The position numbers and the translations under genes were made by a program. The notes under the pieces are model-generated. The model was not told the origin of the DNA. It saw only the letters and a program-made list of their open reading frames with translations, and made no database searches. A stretch of 64,000 nt of DNA. Source: Flavobacteriaceae bacterium. Lineage in GTDB: Bacteria > Bacteroidota > Bacteroidia > Flavobacteriales > Flavobacteriaceae. The stretch is taken from assembly GCA_013373385.1 (NCBI GenBank), contig JABXHX010000021.1, positions 9,499 to 73,498 on the forward strand, written 5' to 3'. Numbering within the stretch: position 1 is the stretch's first letter; each line of letters begins with the position of its first letter. Below are positions 1 to 10,306 of the stretch, piece by piece.

Positions 1-903
1 TTGAAACTAAAAGAAATTCCTGAGCACTTAATTGTAATTGGAGGTGGAGTTATTGGCTTAGAGTTAGGATCTGTTTATAAGCGTTTAGGTGCAGAAGTTA
101 CTGTAGTAGAATATGCTCCTAAAATTACGCCAACTATGGATACTGATGTTTCTAAAGAATTGCAAAAAGTTTTAAAGAAACAAGGGATAAAATTTGCTGT
201 TAGTCATGGAGTTTCTGCTGTAGAAAGAAATGGAAACAGCGTTACTGTAAAAGCAACCGATAAAAAAGGAAAAGAAGTTGAGTTTACTGGAGATTACTGT
301 TTAGTTGCTGTTGGCCGTAAACCTTATACAGAAGGACTTGGTTTAGAAAATGCAGGTGTAAAACTAAACGAGAGAAATCAAGTTGAAGTGAACGAACATC
401 TACAAACAAACGTTCCAAACATTTATGCCATAGGTGATGTTGTAAAAGGTGCTATGTTAGCGCATAAAGCAGAAGAAGAAGGTGTTGTTGTTGCAGAATA
501 TTTAGCTGGACAAAAACCACATATAGATTATAATTTAATTCCGGGTGTAGTCTACACTTGGCCAGAAGTTGCTGCTGTTGGTAAAACAGAGGATGAATTA
601 AAAGAAGCGGGCATTGCTTATAAAGCTGGAAAATTTTCTATGCGAGCATTAGGGCGATCTAGAGCAAGTGGAGATATTGATGGTTTTGTAAAAGTTTTAG
701 CAGATAAAACCACCGATGAAGTTTTAGGTGTACATATTGTTGGTGCACGTGCTGCCGATTTAATTATGGAAGCTGCTGTAGCTATGGAGTACAGAGCCTC
801 TGCAGAAGATTTAGCAAGAATTTGCCATGGACATCCAACCTATTCTGAAGCAGTTAAAGAAGCTGCTAAAGCTGCATGGGACGGAAAACCATTGAATGCA
901 TAA
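1..903 (+). CDS. lpdA: Dihydrolipoamide dehydrogenase, 5'-truncated by the window edge
   Basis: GGGVIGLE NAD-binding motif, YAIGDVVKGAMLAHKA, and GHPTYSE (HPTxSE catalytic His-Glu) near the C-terminus. Confidence 0.95.
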   Translation: MKLKEIPEHLIVIGGGVIGLELGSVYKRLGAEVTVVEYAPKITPTMDTDVSKELQKVLKKQGIKFAVSHGVSAVERNGNSVTVKATDKKGKEVEFTGDYCLVAVGRKPYTEGLGLENAGVKLNERNQVEVNEHLQTNVPNIYAIGDVVKGAMLAHKAEEEGVVVAEYLAGQKPHIDYNLIPGVVYTWPEVAAVGKTEDELKEAGIAYKAGKFSMRALGRSRASGDIDGFVKVLADKTTDEVLGVHIVGARAADLIMEAAVAMEYRASAEDLARICHGHPTYSEAVKEAAKAAWDGKPLNA

Positions 904-922
904 TTCACAAAATACATATTTT

Positions 923-952
923 AAAAAGCAACTCTGTAGAGTTGCTTTTTTT
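923..952 (+). terminator. Intrinsic terminator after lpdA
   Basis: AAAAAGCAACTC-TGTA-GAGTTGCTTTTT hairpin followed by a T tract. Confidence 0.8.
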
Positions 953-980
953 GTTTGTTGAGTTTACTTATTTTTACCCA

Positions 981-2192
981 ATGCAAAAAACGCTAATTAT
1001 TATTCTTTTTTTCAGTTTTTTAAAGGGATACTCTCAACAAAAAGATAGTGTGTATTTTAAAAACGGAATTGAAAATCCGAGTTTGTCTACTACACATCAT
1101 TTCGGAATTTTTAGCGCAAGAATACAGTCAAATTTTAAACATCATTCTCCCAAAAAAACGAGTTTTTTAGTAAGCTATGCTAGCGGAAATACATTTCATC
1201 CATTTGTAGAGGCGTACCTGCCCAAAGATCTATCAATTAGAGAACAGTTTAGCAAACAGGTTTGGTATAACCGACAATTTAATTTTATAGACCAAGCAAC
1301 AACTCCGGCAGAGTACATGAACATAGTAATTGATGCTGTAATTAAAGAGTTTAGACTACAACTTAGCATTCCCTTACACAAGCAACACGAAATAAACATT
1401 GCACTACGCTCTTACTTAATTACAAAAGGAAAATACCCTTTTTCTTTTTTTGTTGGCGATGAATTTATTGAATGGTTTCATAGCAATATTGCTGGTGGCG
1501 AAGATCCTTATGGAAGAAGATATTACGGGTTGAATCAGGTAAATTTTAAATATACGGATAGAAACGGTAAGATTTTAGAATTAAAGCAAAACGATTTTTT
1601 TTTAGGAGGTATAGAATTGAGTCATTATTATTATCCGAAGCTATTAGAAAAACAAAAAGTATATATCAACTTTGGTTCTCATATTGGCATAAACACGTCT
1701 CAGTTTAATACCTCTGTTGATGTTGGGCTATCAACAAACATTGTTAAAAACTATGTTTTAAAGAGCAACAATGAATTTAATATCGGATTAGGAGCAAGTC
1801 TACTTCGAAAAAATGCCATTAATTTTGGTTCAAACCAAATTGACTTGGGTAACAATCGGTTTTTAGGAAATTTTGAAGGCGAAATTGAGTTTACAAAATA
1901 TACACGTAAAAAGAACTTTCATTCTTTTGGTATACATTACCAGTTTCAAACACAATACAATGCTGTTCAAGAAGAAGACTACTATCATTTAAAAGGTAAA
2001 TGGAAAGAAATAAATGCTGGCTGGCAACACGGTTTTACAACGCTGTATGAAGGCTTGTCTGCATGGACTTTTTTGTATGCTTACAATAAACCAAACTACA
2101 AAATCACCCTATACTTTAAAGAAGACTTTTTAGTAAATAACGCTCCAGATGTGCAAACAGGCATCAGTATCCAGATTCCACTAAAAAAATAA
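981..2192 (+). CDS. Hypothetical exported protein, possibly an outer-membrane beta-barrel
   Basis: Long ORF. The ATG at 981 (MQKTLIIILFFSFLKGYSQQ) gives a Sec signal peptide; the C-terminus is aromatic/alternating (ISIQIPL). The track start at 876 overlaps lpdA and its terminator. Confidence 0.7.
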   Translation: MQKTLIIILFFSFLKGYSQQKDSVYFKNGIENPSLSTTHHFGIFSARIQSNFKHHSPKKTSFLVSYASGNTFHPFVEAYLPKDLSIREQFSKQVWYNRQFNFIDQATTPAEYMNIVIDAVIKEFRLQLSIPLHKQHEINIALRSYLITKGKYPFSFFVGDEFIEWFHSNIAGGEDPYGRRYYGLNQVNFKYTDRNGKILELKQNDFFLGGIELSHYYYPKLLEKQKVYINFGSHIGINTSQFNTSVDVGLSTNIVKNYVLKSNNEFNIGLGASLLRKNAINFGSNQIDLGNNRFLGNFEGEIEFTKYTRKKNFHSFGIHYQFQTQYNAVQEEDYYHLKGKWKEINAGWQHGFTTLYEGLSAWTFLYAYNKPNYKITLYFKEDFLVNNAPDVQTGISIQIPLKK

Positions 2193-2193
2193 A

Positions 2194-3282
2194 CTATACT
2201 TTAATAAAAATGTTCTTTTTATAAAGTATGTATCCTACAAGCATATAAAAACTTACAACCATTAGTGCATAGGTAAATGAAGCCAGTTTGGCATCAGCAA
2301 TTACACTTACAACAAAAGAATTGTACAACCAACCGTGAATTGTTGTGTCTCCTATTCTAACCAAATAAAATACTTTAGTTATAAAACTTGACGTAAAGTA
2401 AATTACAATTGCATTGGCTCCAACATATTTAAAAATAGTAGCTAATTGTACCTTTTGTATATCGTATATATAATACAATATGCTTAAAAATACAGATGCC
2501 CAACCAGCCGTAACCAGCACAAAACTACTAGACCATAATGCTTTGTTAAAAGGGAACCAGAGATTCCATAAGTATCCTAACCCAATTAGCACTAGACCTA
2601 TTAGAAATAAAAGTATTGTTTTCATATACTCTTGATAGCGAATTATTTTTCCAATCAATACACCGATAATTGCAGTAGCAATGGCTGGTAGTGTACTTAA
2701 AATTCCTTCTGGATCATAATCTGGTTTCCAAGTATGGTTTTTTAAGAAGTTAACATCTACATAATTTGCCCAATTGTTTGGTGCTCTATCAAAAGTTGGC
2801 AATACTCCATTTGGCAATGGCACAAAACCAAGCCAAAGCCAATAGATAACTAGTATAGCAATCACAATACTTATCAATGTTTTCCAATTGAAATGTAAAG
2901 TTAGCAATACTGTAAAAAAGAAAACAATTCCTATTCTTTGCAATACACCAAGTAACCGGATGGTAGAAAAATCTTTTACAAAAGGGAAATAAGGCAAAAA
3001 TGCAGCTAAAAACAGCCCTAGGAATATCAATTTAAGACTTCGTATTGCAATTTTCTTATAGGTGATACTATTTGGTCTTTTATCTTGATATGCTAAGGCA
3101 ATTGAGACACCAACTAGAAATAAAAAAAACGGAAAAATCAAATCTGTTGGTGTATAGCCATGCCAATTTGCATGTAGCAAGGGTGCATAAACATGCCCCC
3201 ATGAGCCTGGTGTATTTACTAAAATCATAGCAGCAATAGTTACTCCTCTAAACACATCTACTGAAGCAACTCTGCCACGCAT
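2194..3282 (-). CDS. DUF5009 / heparan-alpha-glucosaminide N-acetyltransferase-like membrane protein (NagX-like)
   Basis: SVDVFRGVTIAAMILVN, TDLIFPFFLF, GVLQRIG and DPEGILST motifs; polytopic; lies in a GlcNAc locus. Confidence 0.85.
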   Translation of the reverse strand: MRGRVASVDVFRGVTIAAMILVNTPGSWGHVYAPLLHANWHGYTPTDLIFPFFLFLVGVSIALAYQDKRPNSITYKKIAIRSLKLIFLGLFLAAFLPYFPFVKDFSTIRLLGVLQRIGIVFFFTVLLTLHFNWKTLISIVIAILVIYWLWLGFVPLPNGVLPTFDRAPNNWANYVDVNFLKNHTWKPDYDPEGILSTLPAIATAIIGVLIGKIIRYQEYMKTILLFLIGLVLIGLGYLWNLWFPFNKALWSSSFVLVTAGWASVFLSILYYIYDIQKVQLATIFKYVGANAIVIYFTSSFITKVFYLVRIGDTTIHGWLYNSFVVSVIADAKLASFTYALMVVSFYMLVGYILYKKNIFIKV

Positions 3283-3284
3283 TG

Positions 3285-5096
3285 TTATAAGATTTTAGCT
3301 TTAATTTTTTTCCAGAACTTCTTTAATAGAAAACCTGATATTATTGCAGATATAGTAGTTGAAATTGCCAAAGTTACTTCTCCGTAAATCCAATAACCTG
3401 TGGCAAACATACAGCTGTAAATTAACACACAACCTAGCAGCATAGCAATAACTCCTGCAGGCACACTCCATCCTTCATTAACATCAACAATAGTTATATT
3501 TTCTGCCTTAGCTTGATTTACAATCTTAGTCCATCCAGGCCCTCCTGGTTGCGTTCTTTTATAAAATGCTTGCAGTACTTCTTTTGTTTCTGGTTGAGTG
3601 ATAAAGGTAACTATTAGCCAAACTGTTGTTGTAATAAATACCACCATAGGGAATTTTGCCCAACTTGGCATTATTGCTTCTGCTCCAAATAAATAATCTC
3701 CTATCGATTTTGAAGCAAAGAGCAATGAAACTACACCAGAGACAATCATTGCATAAATTTCGCTCCAAGCATTTATTCTCCACCAAAACCAACGTAAAAT
3801 AAAAATCAACCCTGTACCTGCACCAAACATAATAATGATATCGAATAGTTGTTTTGCATTTTGAAGATACAAGGCAAACAATGCACTTAAAATCATTAAT
3901 ACTACAGTAGATATTCTTCCTACGCGTACTAGTTCTTTTTCTGAAGCATCTTTGTTAACCTGCTGCTTATAAAAGTCATTTACAATATAAGATGAACCCC
4001 AATTTAAATGGGTAGAAATGGTACTCATATAAGCTGCTACTAAAGAAGCCAACACCAAACCTAATAAACCGCTTGGTAATTTAGTTAACATTGCAGAATA
4101 GGCTAAATCGTGGCCAAGTTTATCTTGTGTTACATTTGGAAATGCTTCTTGTATGCTTGCAATATCTGGAAAAACAACCAATGATGCCAAGGCTACAATA
4201 ATCCATGGCCAAGGACGTAATGCATAATGCATGATATTAAAAAAGAACGTAGCACCTATTGCATGGTTTTCGTTTTTTGCTGCTAGCATACGTTGTGCTA
4301 TATAACCACCTCCTCCTGGTTCTGCTCCTGGATACCAAGAGCTCCACCATTGTACCGCTAACGGAATTATTAATAATGTTATCAATGCTTCTGTATTGCT
4401 AAAATCTGGTAAAATTGATAACTTACTCGCCACATTTTCATTACTAAACAAAGCGTCTAATCCGCCAACTTCTGGTAAGTTCACCAAATAATATGCGGCT
4501 CCAATAGCACCAGCCATTGCTGTAAAAAATAAAATAAAATCTGTATAAACCACTCCTTTAAAACCTCCTACAGCACTAAAAGCAACCGTTACTGTACCCG
4601 CATACACAATGGTTTCCCAAGGTTGCAAGCCTAGCATTATACTTCCTATTTTAATAGCAGCTAAGGTTACACCTGCCATTGCAAAAACATTAAACAACAA
4701 ACCTAAATACAAAGCTCTAAAACTTCTTAAAAACCTAGCTGGTTTACCGCCATAACGCAATTCGTAAAATTCAATATCTGTATTTACAGCAGATTTTCGC
4801 CATAATTTTGCATACACAAAAACAGTTAGCAGGCCTGTAATTAAAAATGCCCACCACATCCAGTTAGCAGAGACACCATCTTTTCTAACAATATCTGTTA
4901 CAAAGTTTGGCGTATCTGTAGAAAAGGTAGTAGCTACCATAGAAATACCTAGTAACCACCAGGGCATATTTCTACCAGATAAAAAATATTCAGATGAATT
5001 TTTACCTGATTTTTTAGATACATAAAGACCTATAAATAATGTAATTGCAAAAAAGGAAAAGATTAAAACGTAATCTAGTGTGCTTAATGATACCAT
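3285..5096 (-). CDS. Sodium:solute symporter family protein (probable sugar/GlcNAc transporter)
   Basis: EYFLSGRNMPWW, ATTFSTDTP, QRMLAAKNE and AAYMST motifs; many transmembrane segments. Confidence 0.9.
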   Translation of the reverse strand: MVSLSTLDYVLIFSFFAITLFIGLYVSKKSGKNSSEYFLSGRNMPWWLLGISMVATTFSTDTPNFVTDIVRKDGVSANWMWWAFLITGLLTVFVYAKLWRKSAVNTDIEFYELRYGGKPARFLRSFRALYLGLLFNVFAMAGVTLAAIKIGSIMLGLQPWETIVYAGTVTVAFSAVGGFKGVVYTDFILFFTAMAGAIGAAYYLVNLPEVGGLDALFSNENVASKLSILPDFSNTEALITLLIIPLAVQWWSSWYPGAEPGGGGYIAQRMLAAKNENHAIGATFFFNIMHYALRPWPWIIVALASLVVFPDIASIQEAFPNVTQDKLGHDLAYSAMLTKLPSGLLGLVLASLVAAYMSTISTHLNWGSSYIVNDFYKQQVNKDASEKELVRVGRISTVVLMILSALFALYLQNAKQLFDIIIMFGAGTGLIFILRWFWWRINAWSEIYAMIVSGVVSLLFASKSIGDYLFGAEAIMPSWAKFPMVVFITTTVWLIVTFITQPETKEVLQAFYKRTQPGGPGWTKIVNQAKAENITIVDVNEGWSVPAGVIAMLLGCVLIYSCMFATGYWIYGEVTLAISTTISAIISGFLLKKFWKKIKAKIL

Positions 5097-5206
5097 GTAT
5101 ATATATTTTACGAGTGTAAAGTAGTGAATCTAATATTATTTATTGAAGTTTTTCTACTGACAACACAAAAAAAAGGCTGAACTTACTTAAATGTAATACA
5201 AACAGA

Positions 5207-5917
5207 TTATTCGTTTACGTTTAAGATTATCTGCTTTGCCTGATTGATGTATTTTCTTCCAATAGGGATTCTTTTAAGGTTAATATCTACCGAATTGCCT
5301 TCTATACTTTTTACTTTATCTAAAGAGATGGTAAAAGACCTATGTATTCTTAAAAATCTCTTCCCAGGCAGCTCTTCTGTTATACTTGTTAGAGATTTGT
5401 GTACTAAATAGCTATCTGTTGTTGTAAAAATTTTAATATAGTCTTTTAAACTTTCTATATATAAAATTTCATCAAAAAGTATTTTAACTAATTTTTTATC
5501 AACCTTCAAAAATATATACGAATCTTTATTTTCTTTTTCTTGCTGTATACCTCTTTGTACTGCTATTTTTTGGGTTGTTTTATTTATCGCTTTTAAAAAC
5601 CTATTAAAAGATATTGGCTTTACCAAATAATCTATCACATCTAAATCATAACTTTCTACAGCGTATTCTCTGTAGGCTGTAGTGATAATAATATTGAACT
5701 TTAAAGCTAGGCTTTTTACAAATTCTAATCCATTCATTTTAGGCATATTAATATCTAAAAAAATAATATCAATTTTTTCACTTTCTAGGAGTTGAATAGC
5801 TGTAATAGGGTTGTTAAAAGTTGCAACAACGGTTATATTATCAAATTCTTGTAAATGATTTTCTATAACTTTGATAGCCAAAGGCTCGTCATCTATAATG
5901 ATACATTTTATGTCCAT
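5207..5917 (-). CDS. LytTR/AlgR family response regulator
   Basis: REC domain (IIDDEP, FLDINMP, TTAY, LVKP) plus LytTR domain (FLRIHRSF, IPIGRKY). Confidence 0.95.
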   Translation of the reverse strand: MDIKCIIIDDEPLAIKVIENHLQEFDNITVVATFNNPITAIQLLESEKIDIIFLDINMPKMNGLEFVKSLALKFNIIITTAYREYAVESYDLDVIDYLVKPISFNRFLKAINKTTQKIAVQRGIQQEKENKDSYIFLKVDKKLVKILFDEILYIESLKDYIKIFTTTDSYLVHKSLTSITEELPGKRFLRIHRSFTISLDKVKSIEGNSVDINLKRIPIGRKYINQAKQIILNVNE

Positions 5918-5959
5918 GCAATGTTAGAAGTTTTGTAAATGTACTAAAATATCGTTAAA

Positions 5960-7009
5960 TTAAAAACTTATTTCATACAACGGAAAAGTTAATTCTACCT
6001 TATAACGTTGGTTTTCTGTAGTTATGTTTAATGTATAATCTTCTCTAAAAAGCAGTTGTAATCTACGCTCAATATTCGCGTTTCCGATACCGTGCTTTTT
6101 TACTTTATTGCTAAACTCATTGTAACTATTTGAGGCACAGAAATAAATGTAACTGTTAGGTAGTTTTTTAAATGTAATTTCAATATCTAAATGGTTGTTA
6201 TATCTAGCTCCGTGCTTAAAACAATTTTCTATAAAGGTTAAAAAGAGTAGAGTTGGCACTTCATTACTTTCAATATCTCCAATAATATTTACATTTACAT
6301 TGACCTTATCTCCATACCTCAATTTTTCTAAATCTATATAATTTTGTATTGACTTTATTTCTTTAAATAGTCTAATTTTAGGCTCTTTAGCTTCATATAA
6401 AATATACTCCATTATTTCAGACAATTTTAAAACAACTTCTGGAGCTTTTTTTGATTTCTCTAGCGTCAAGGCATATAGATTATTTAATGTATTAAAGAAA
6501 AAATGTGGTTGTATTTGTGTTTTTAAAAATTCTAATTCTGTTTTTAACTGTAGGGCTTCTAAATTTCTATAACGCTTTTTTTCTTGCACCCAATCAATTG
6601 TTAATTTAATTGCAGTTGCAAAAGCAATCACATACAATTCTCCTAAGACCACAGCAACTACATGGTTAAATGTAAATGCTTGTTGCGAAGACTCTGCCTC
6701 TGGCCATATGTTTTCTGTTACTAGCAAATAATTTAAGCCAGACCTTAATACATATGCCGCGCCTAATGATAGGAATAGCAATAGTATGTATCTTTTGTAT
6801 TTTTTCTTTAAGATATATTTAGGAATTAAATAGTATACATTTAAATATACCATAAGTATGTGCAGTGGGAATTCAACTAAATTAGACTTTATTGAGTACC
6901 AATAATCATGAAAATAACTCCCCCACCTAACAACATTAAACGAAAAATAACCTAACCAAAATAAAATATGATACTTGGTAGAAATAGACCTATTTTTTAA
7001 TTGAATCAT
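5960..7009 (-). CDS. LytS/YehU-type sensor histidine kinase
   Basis: N-terminal TM helices, LKTQIQPHFFFNTLNN H-box, FIENCFKHG N-box, GIGNANIERRL. Confidence 0.9.
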   Translation of the reverse strand: MIQLKNRSISTKYHILFWLGYFSFNVVRWGSYFHDYWYSIKSNLVEFPLHILMVYLNVYYLIPKYILKKKYKRYILLLFLSLGAAYVLRSGLNYLLVTENIWPEAESSQQAFTFNHVVAVVLGELYVIAFATAIKLTIDWVQEKKRYRNLEALQLKTELEFLKTQIQPHFFFNTLNNLYALTLEKSKKAPEVVLKLSEIMEYILYEAKEPKIRLFKEIKSIQNYIDLEKLRYGDKVNVNVNIIGDIESNEVPTLLFLTFIENCFKHGARYNNHLDIEITFKKLPNSYIYFCASNSYNEFSNKVKKHGIGNANIERRLQLLFREDYTLNITTENQRYKVELTFPLYEISF

Positions 7010-7199
7010 GTTAATTATTTACTTTTTAGGCTCCTAATGTACGTCAAAGTATTCTGAAAAACAGATTTCTTAAAAAGAAAACCTATAATAGAATAAATTG
7101 TGCTATTCGTTCTTAAATTACTGTCGTTTATATATTAAATTTTTTAACAATTAGTTGTCTAGCTACATTTATGATATTAAACTAATTAACAATTTACTC

Positions 7200-10100
7200 A
7201 TGAAAAAAATAAAAATACTTTTATTTATTACCTTTTCATTGTTGCTAACTACAAACTCAATAGCACAAGAAAAAAGTATCTCAGGTACTGTTACCTCTAA
7301 ATCAGATGGTAGCGCATTACCCGGTGTAAGTATAGTTGTACAAAACACACAAAGAGGTACAGAAACAGACTTTGACGGAAAATACAACATCAAAGCTTCT
7401 GTAGGGCAAGTTCTTACATTTTCTTATATCGGTATGAAAACAGTAAACATTACTGTTACTACAACATCATCTACAATTAATGTACAGTTAGAAGATGCTG
7501 ACAATGTATTAGATGAAGTAGTAGTTACTGCACTTGGTATTAGTAGAGAAAAGAAATCATTAGGGTACTCTGTTTCAGATTTAAAAGGATCATCAGTATC
7601 TCTAGCTAAAGAAAACAATGTTGTAAATTCTCTTTCTGGAAAAGTAGCCGGAGTAGTAATTACTCAATCTGCTTCTGGTCCAGCTGGTGGGACAAGAGTT
7701 GTAATTAGAGGGAACAATTCTATTACTGGAAATAACCAACCTTTATATGTAGTAGACGGTGTGCCAATTGACAACTCAGGAAACGGTAGTGCTAATGGTA
7801 GCAATACTTCTGAATACAGCAGATTTGATTTAGGTACTGGTATTTCTGATATCAATCCAGACGATATTGAAACAATTTCTATCTTAAAAGGACCTAATGC
7901 AGCAGCATTATACGGATCTAGAGCAAGTAACGGTGTTATTCTTATTACCACAAAAAAAGGAGCTTTAGGAAAAGGACTAGGTGTTTCTTTTACTTCTAGT
8001 TTCTCTGCTCAAAATCCTTTACTACTACCAGAATATCAGAATCAATATGGTCGTGGAGTTAACGGGAATTTCCCAGCTGACTTAAATCAGTTAAAAAGTG
8101 CTGGTTCTTGGGGGCCTAAGTTTGATGGTTCTCAACAATTATATTATGACGGAACGCAAAAAACATACGCTGCACAATCTAATAATGTAAAAGACTTCTT
8201 TAGAACGGGTACTAGTATTATAAATACAGTAGCACTGAGCAGAAGCACAGAAGCTTCTTCGTTACGTTTTTCTTATTCTAATTCTGATATTAAAAGTATT
8301 TTACCTAACTCTACCGTAGATAGAAATAACTTTAACCTTAGAGCATCTTCTAAGTTAACAGATAAATTTTCTATTGATGCTAAAGTAACTTACTTTTTAC
8401 AAGGAGCAAAAAATCGTGCTTCACAAGGTACAGAAGGTATCATGGCATATTTATACGGATTGGCAAGAAACGTAAATATCAACGATTTAAAAAACTACCA
8501 AGATCTATCTAAAGGATATAATGTAATTGCTCCAACAGCAAGTGGAGGAAACCCTTACTGGATTCTATTCCAAGATAAAAATGAAGACAACAGAAAAAGG
8601 TTTACTGGTTTTGCTAAAGCCCAATACGATTTTAATAATAAATGGAAAGCTTTTGTAAGAGTAGGTACAGATGCAGTAGATTTAAAAACTGAAGGATACA
8701 ACGCTGTTGGACATCACTTTAACCCAAAAGGAACAATAAACTACTCTAACTACAACACTTCAGAAACAAACTACGATTTCTTAGTTATGTTTAATGATAA
8801 TTTAAATGAAGATTTTAATTTATCTGCAAATTTTGGTGGTAATGCATTACATGCTACCTCTCAATTTTCTTCAATCTCTGGAGCAGATTTTAAAATTCCA
8901 GGGAAATATTTTATTGCAAACACAGACTCAGAAAAGTTAAGAGTTAATCAAACTGAATTGGTAGAGAAAAAAGTTCACTCTTTATACGGATCTGCTTCTT
9001 TAGCATATAAAGGCATGGTGTATGTTGATATTACAGGAAGAAACGATTGGTCTTCTGCATTAGCAGCAGAAAACAGATCATATTTTTACTCTTCTGCAAG
9101 TGTAAGTTTGTTATTAAATAAAGTATTTGATATTAACTCAGAAAAGATCAACTTTTCTAAATTACGTTTAAGTTACGCTAATGTTGGTAACGATACAGAT
9201 CCACATCAAATTGTAAATCTTTACAATGTTGCGGGCAATGGTTATTTAGGTAACACAACTGTATCTAGCCCAAATATTAAATTTAGCAACAGTTTAAAGC
9301 CAGAAAGCGTAACCTCTACGGAAGTAGGTTTTGAAGTTAAAGCATTAGAAAACAGATTGTTTGCTGACTTTACTTACTACACTATTACTTCTAAAGATTT
9401 AATCTTTGACGTTCCTGTTGACCCAGCAACTGGATTTAGCCACTTTAGAGAAAATATTGGAGAAATTAGCAATAAAGGTTTTGAATTTATGATTGGTGGT
9501 ACACCTATAAAAACTGAAGGCTTTAGATGGGATATTTCAGCTAATATTTCTGGAAACAAGAACAAATTAAACAGCTTGATTAAAGGGCAAGACTTTTTCC
9601 AATTTACCTCAAGTAATAGTGGGGTAATTGACGTAAGAGCACAAGTTGGAGAAGGTTTTGGTGATATTTATGGAACAGATTGGAAAAGAGCTCCATCTGG
9701 AGAATTATTATTAACCGCTACAGGTAGACCACAAGCTACTTCTGATAGAGTTAAATTAGGAAACTACCAACCAGATTTCACAGGTGGTGTTACAAACACA
9801 GTAAACTACAAAGACTTTACTTTAAACTTTTTGGTTGACTATAGAATCGGAGGGCAAGTGTATTCTGGTACAGATGCTGCTTTAGATGCATCGGGTGTAT
9901 CTACTAGATCTTTAAAATATAGAGAAGGTGGTGTAACATTAAATGGTGTTTGGGATGACAATGGTACCTTAAAACCAAACACTACAAATATTACTGCTGA
10001 GCAATATTGGAGTTCTGTATCTGGCATAGCTTCAGAATACGTATATGACCAAACTAATGTGCGTTTAAGAGAAGTAAGTTTATCATACAAAATACCTGCC

Positions 10101-10295
10101 AACTTTCTTAAAAAATCTTTTATCAGTAGTGCTTCTTTAAGTTTAACCGGAAGAAATTTATTTTTCTTATACAAGAAAAGTAAAAACTTTGACCCTGAAT
10201 CTAGCTACTCTACAAGTAACTTTGCACAAGGGGTATTATACTACAACCTACCTACAACAAAAAGTGTAGGACTTAGCCTAAATATTAAATTTTAA
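7200..10295 (+). CDS. SusC/RagA family TonB-dependent transporter
   Basis: Signal peptide from MKKIK (7200), carboxypeptidase-regulatory-like N-domain, LDEVVVTALG, PLYVVDGVP, KGPNAAALYGSRASNGVILITTK, C-terminal Phe. Confidence 0.95.
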   Translation: MKKIKILLFITFSLLLTTNSIAQEKSISGTVTSKSDGSALPGVSIVVQNTQRGTETDFDGKYNIKASVGQVLTFSYIGMKTVNITVTTTSSTINVQLEDADNVLDEVVVTALGISREKKSLGYSVSDLKGSSVSLAKENNVVNSLSGKVAGVVITQSASGPAGGTRVVIRGNNSITGNNQPLYVVDGVPIDNSGNGSANGSNTSEYSRFDLGTGISDINPDDIETISILKGPNAAALYGSRASNGVILITTKKGALGKGLGVSFTSSFSAQNPLLLPEYQNQYGRGVNGNFPADLNQLKSAGSWGPKFDGSQQLYYDGTQKTYAAQSNNVKDFFRTGTSIINTVALSRSTEASSLRFSYSNSDIKSILPNSTVDRNNFNLRASSKLTDKFSIDAKVTYFLQGAKNRASQGTEGIMAYLYGLARNVNINDLKNYQDLSKGYNVIAPTASGGNPYWILFQDKNEDNRKRFTGFAKAQYDFNNKWKAFVRVGTDAVDLKTEGYNAVGHHFNPKGTINYSNYNTSETNYDFLVMFNDNLNEDFNLSANFGGNALHATSQFSSISGADFKIPGKYFIANTDSEKLRVNQTELVEKKVHSLYGSASLAYKGMVYVDITGRNDWSSALAAENRSYFYSSASVSLLLNKVFDINSEKINFSKLRLSYANVGNDTDPHQIVNLYNVAGNGYLGNTTVSSPNIKFSNSLKPESVTSTEVGFEVKALENRLFADFTYYTITSKDLIFDVPVDPATGFSHFRENIGEISNKGFEFMIGGTPIKTEGFRWDISANISGNKNKLNSLIKGQDFFQFTSSNSGVIDVRAQVGEGFGDIYGTDWKRAPSGELLLTATGRPQATSDRVKLGNYQPDFTGGVTNTVNYKDFTLNFLVDYRIGGQVYSGTDAALDASGVSTRSLKYREGGVTLNGVWDDNGTLKPNTTNITAEQYWSSVSGIASEYVYDQTNVRLREVSLSYKIPANFLKKSFISSASLSLTGRNLFFLYKKSKNFDPESSYSTSNFAQGVLYYNLPTTKSVGLSLNIKF

Positions 10296-10306
10296 AAGCA
10301 TACAAA

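Noticed and set aside
876-980. Track start at 876 for the 438-aa ORF
   Set aside because: Overlaps the lpdA stop and terminator; the ATG at 981 gives a proper signal peptide.
5100-5200. Possible LytTR-binding direct repeats (CTGA at 5157 and 5177), and similar TCGTT pairs near 7107/7124
   Set aside because: Too short, and the spacing does not convincingly fit the usual LytTR repeat period in AT-rich DNA.
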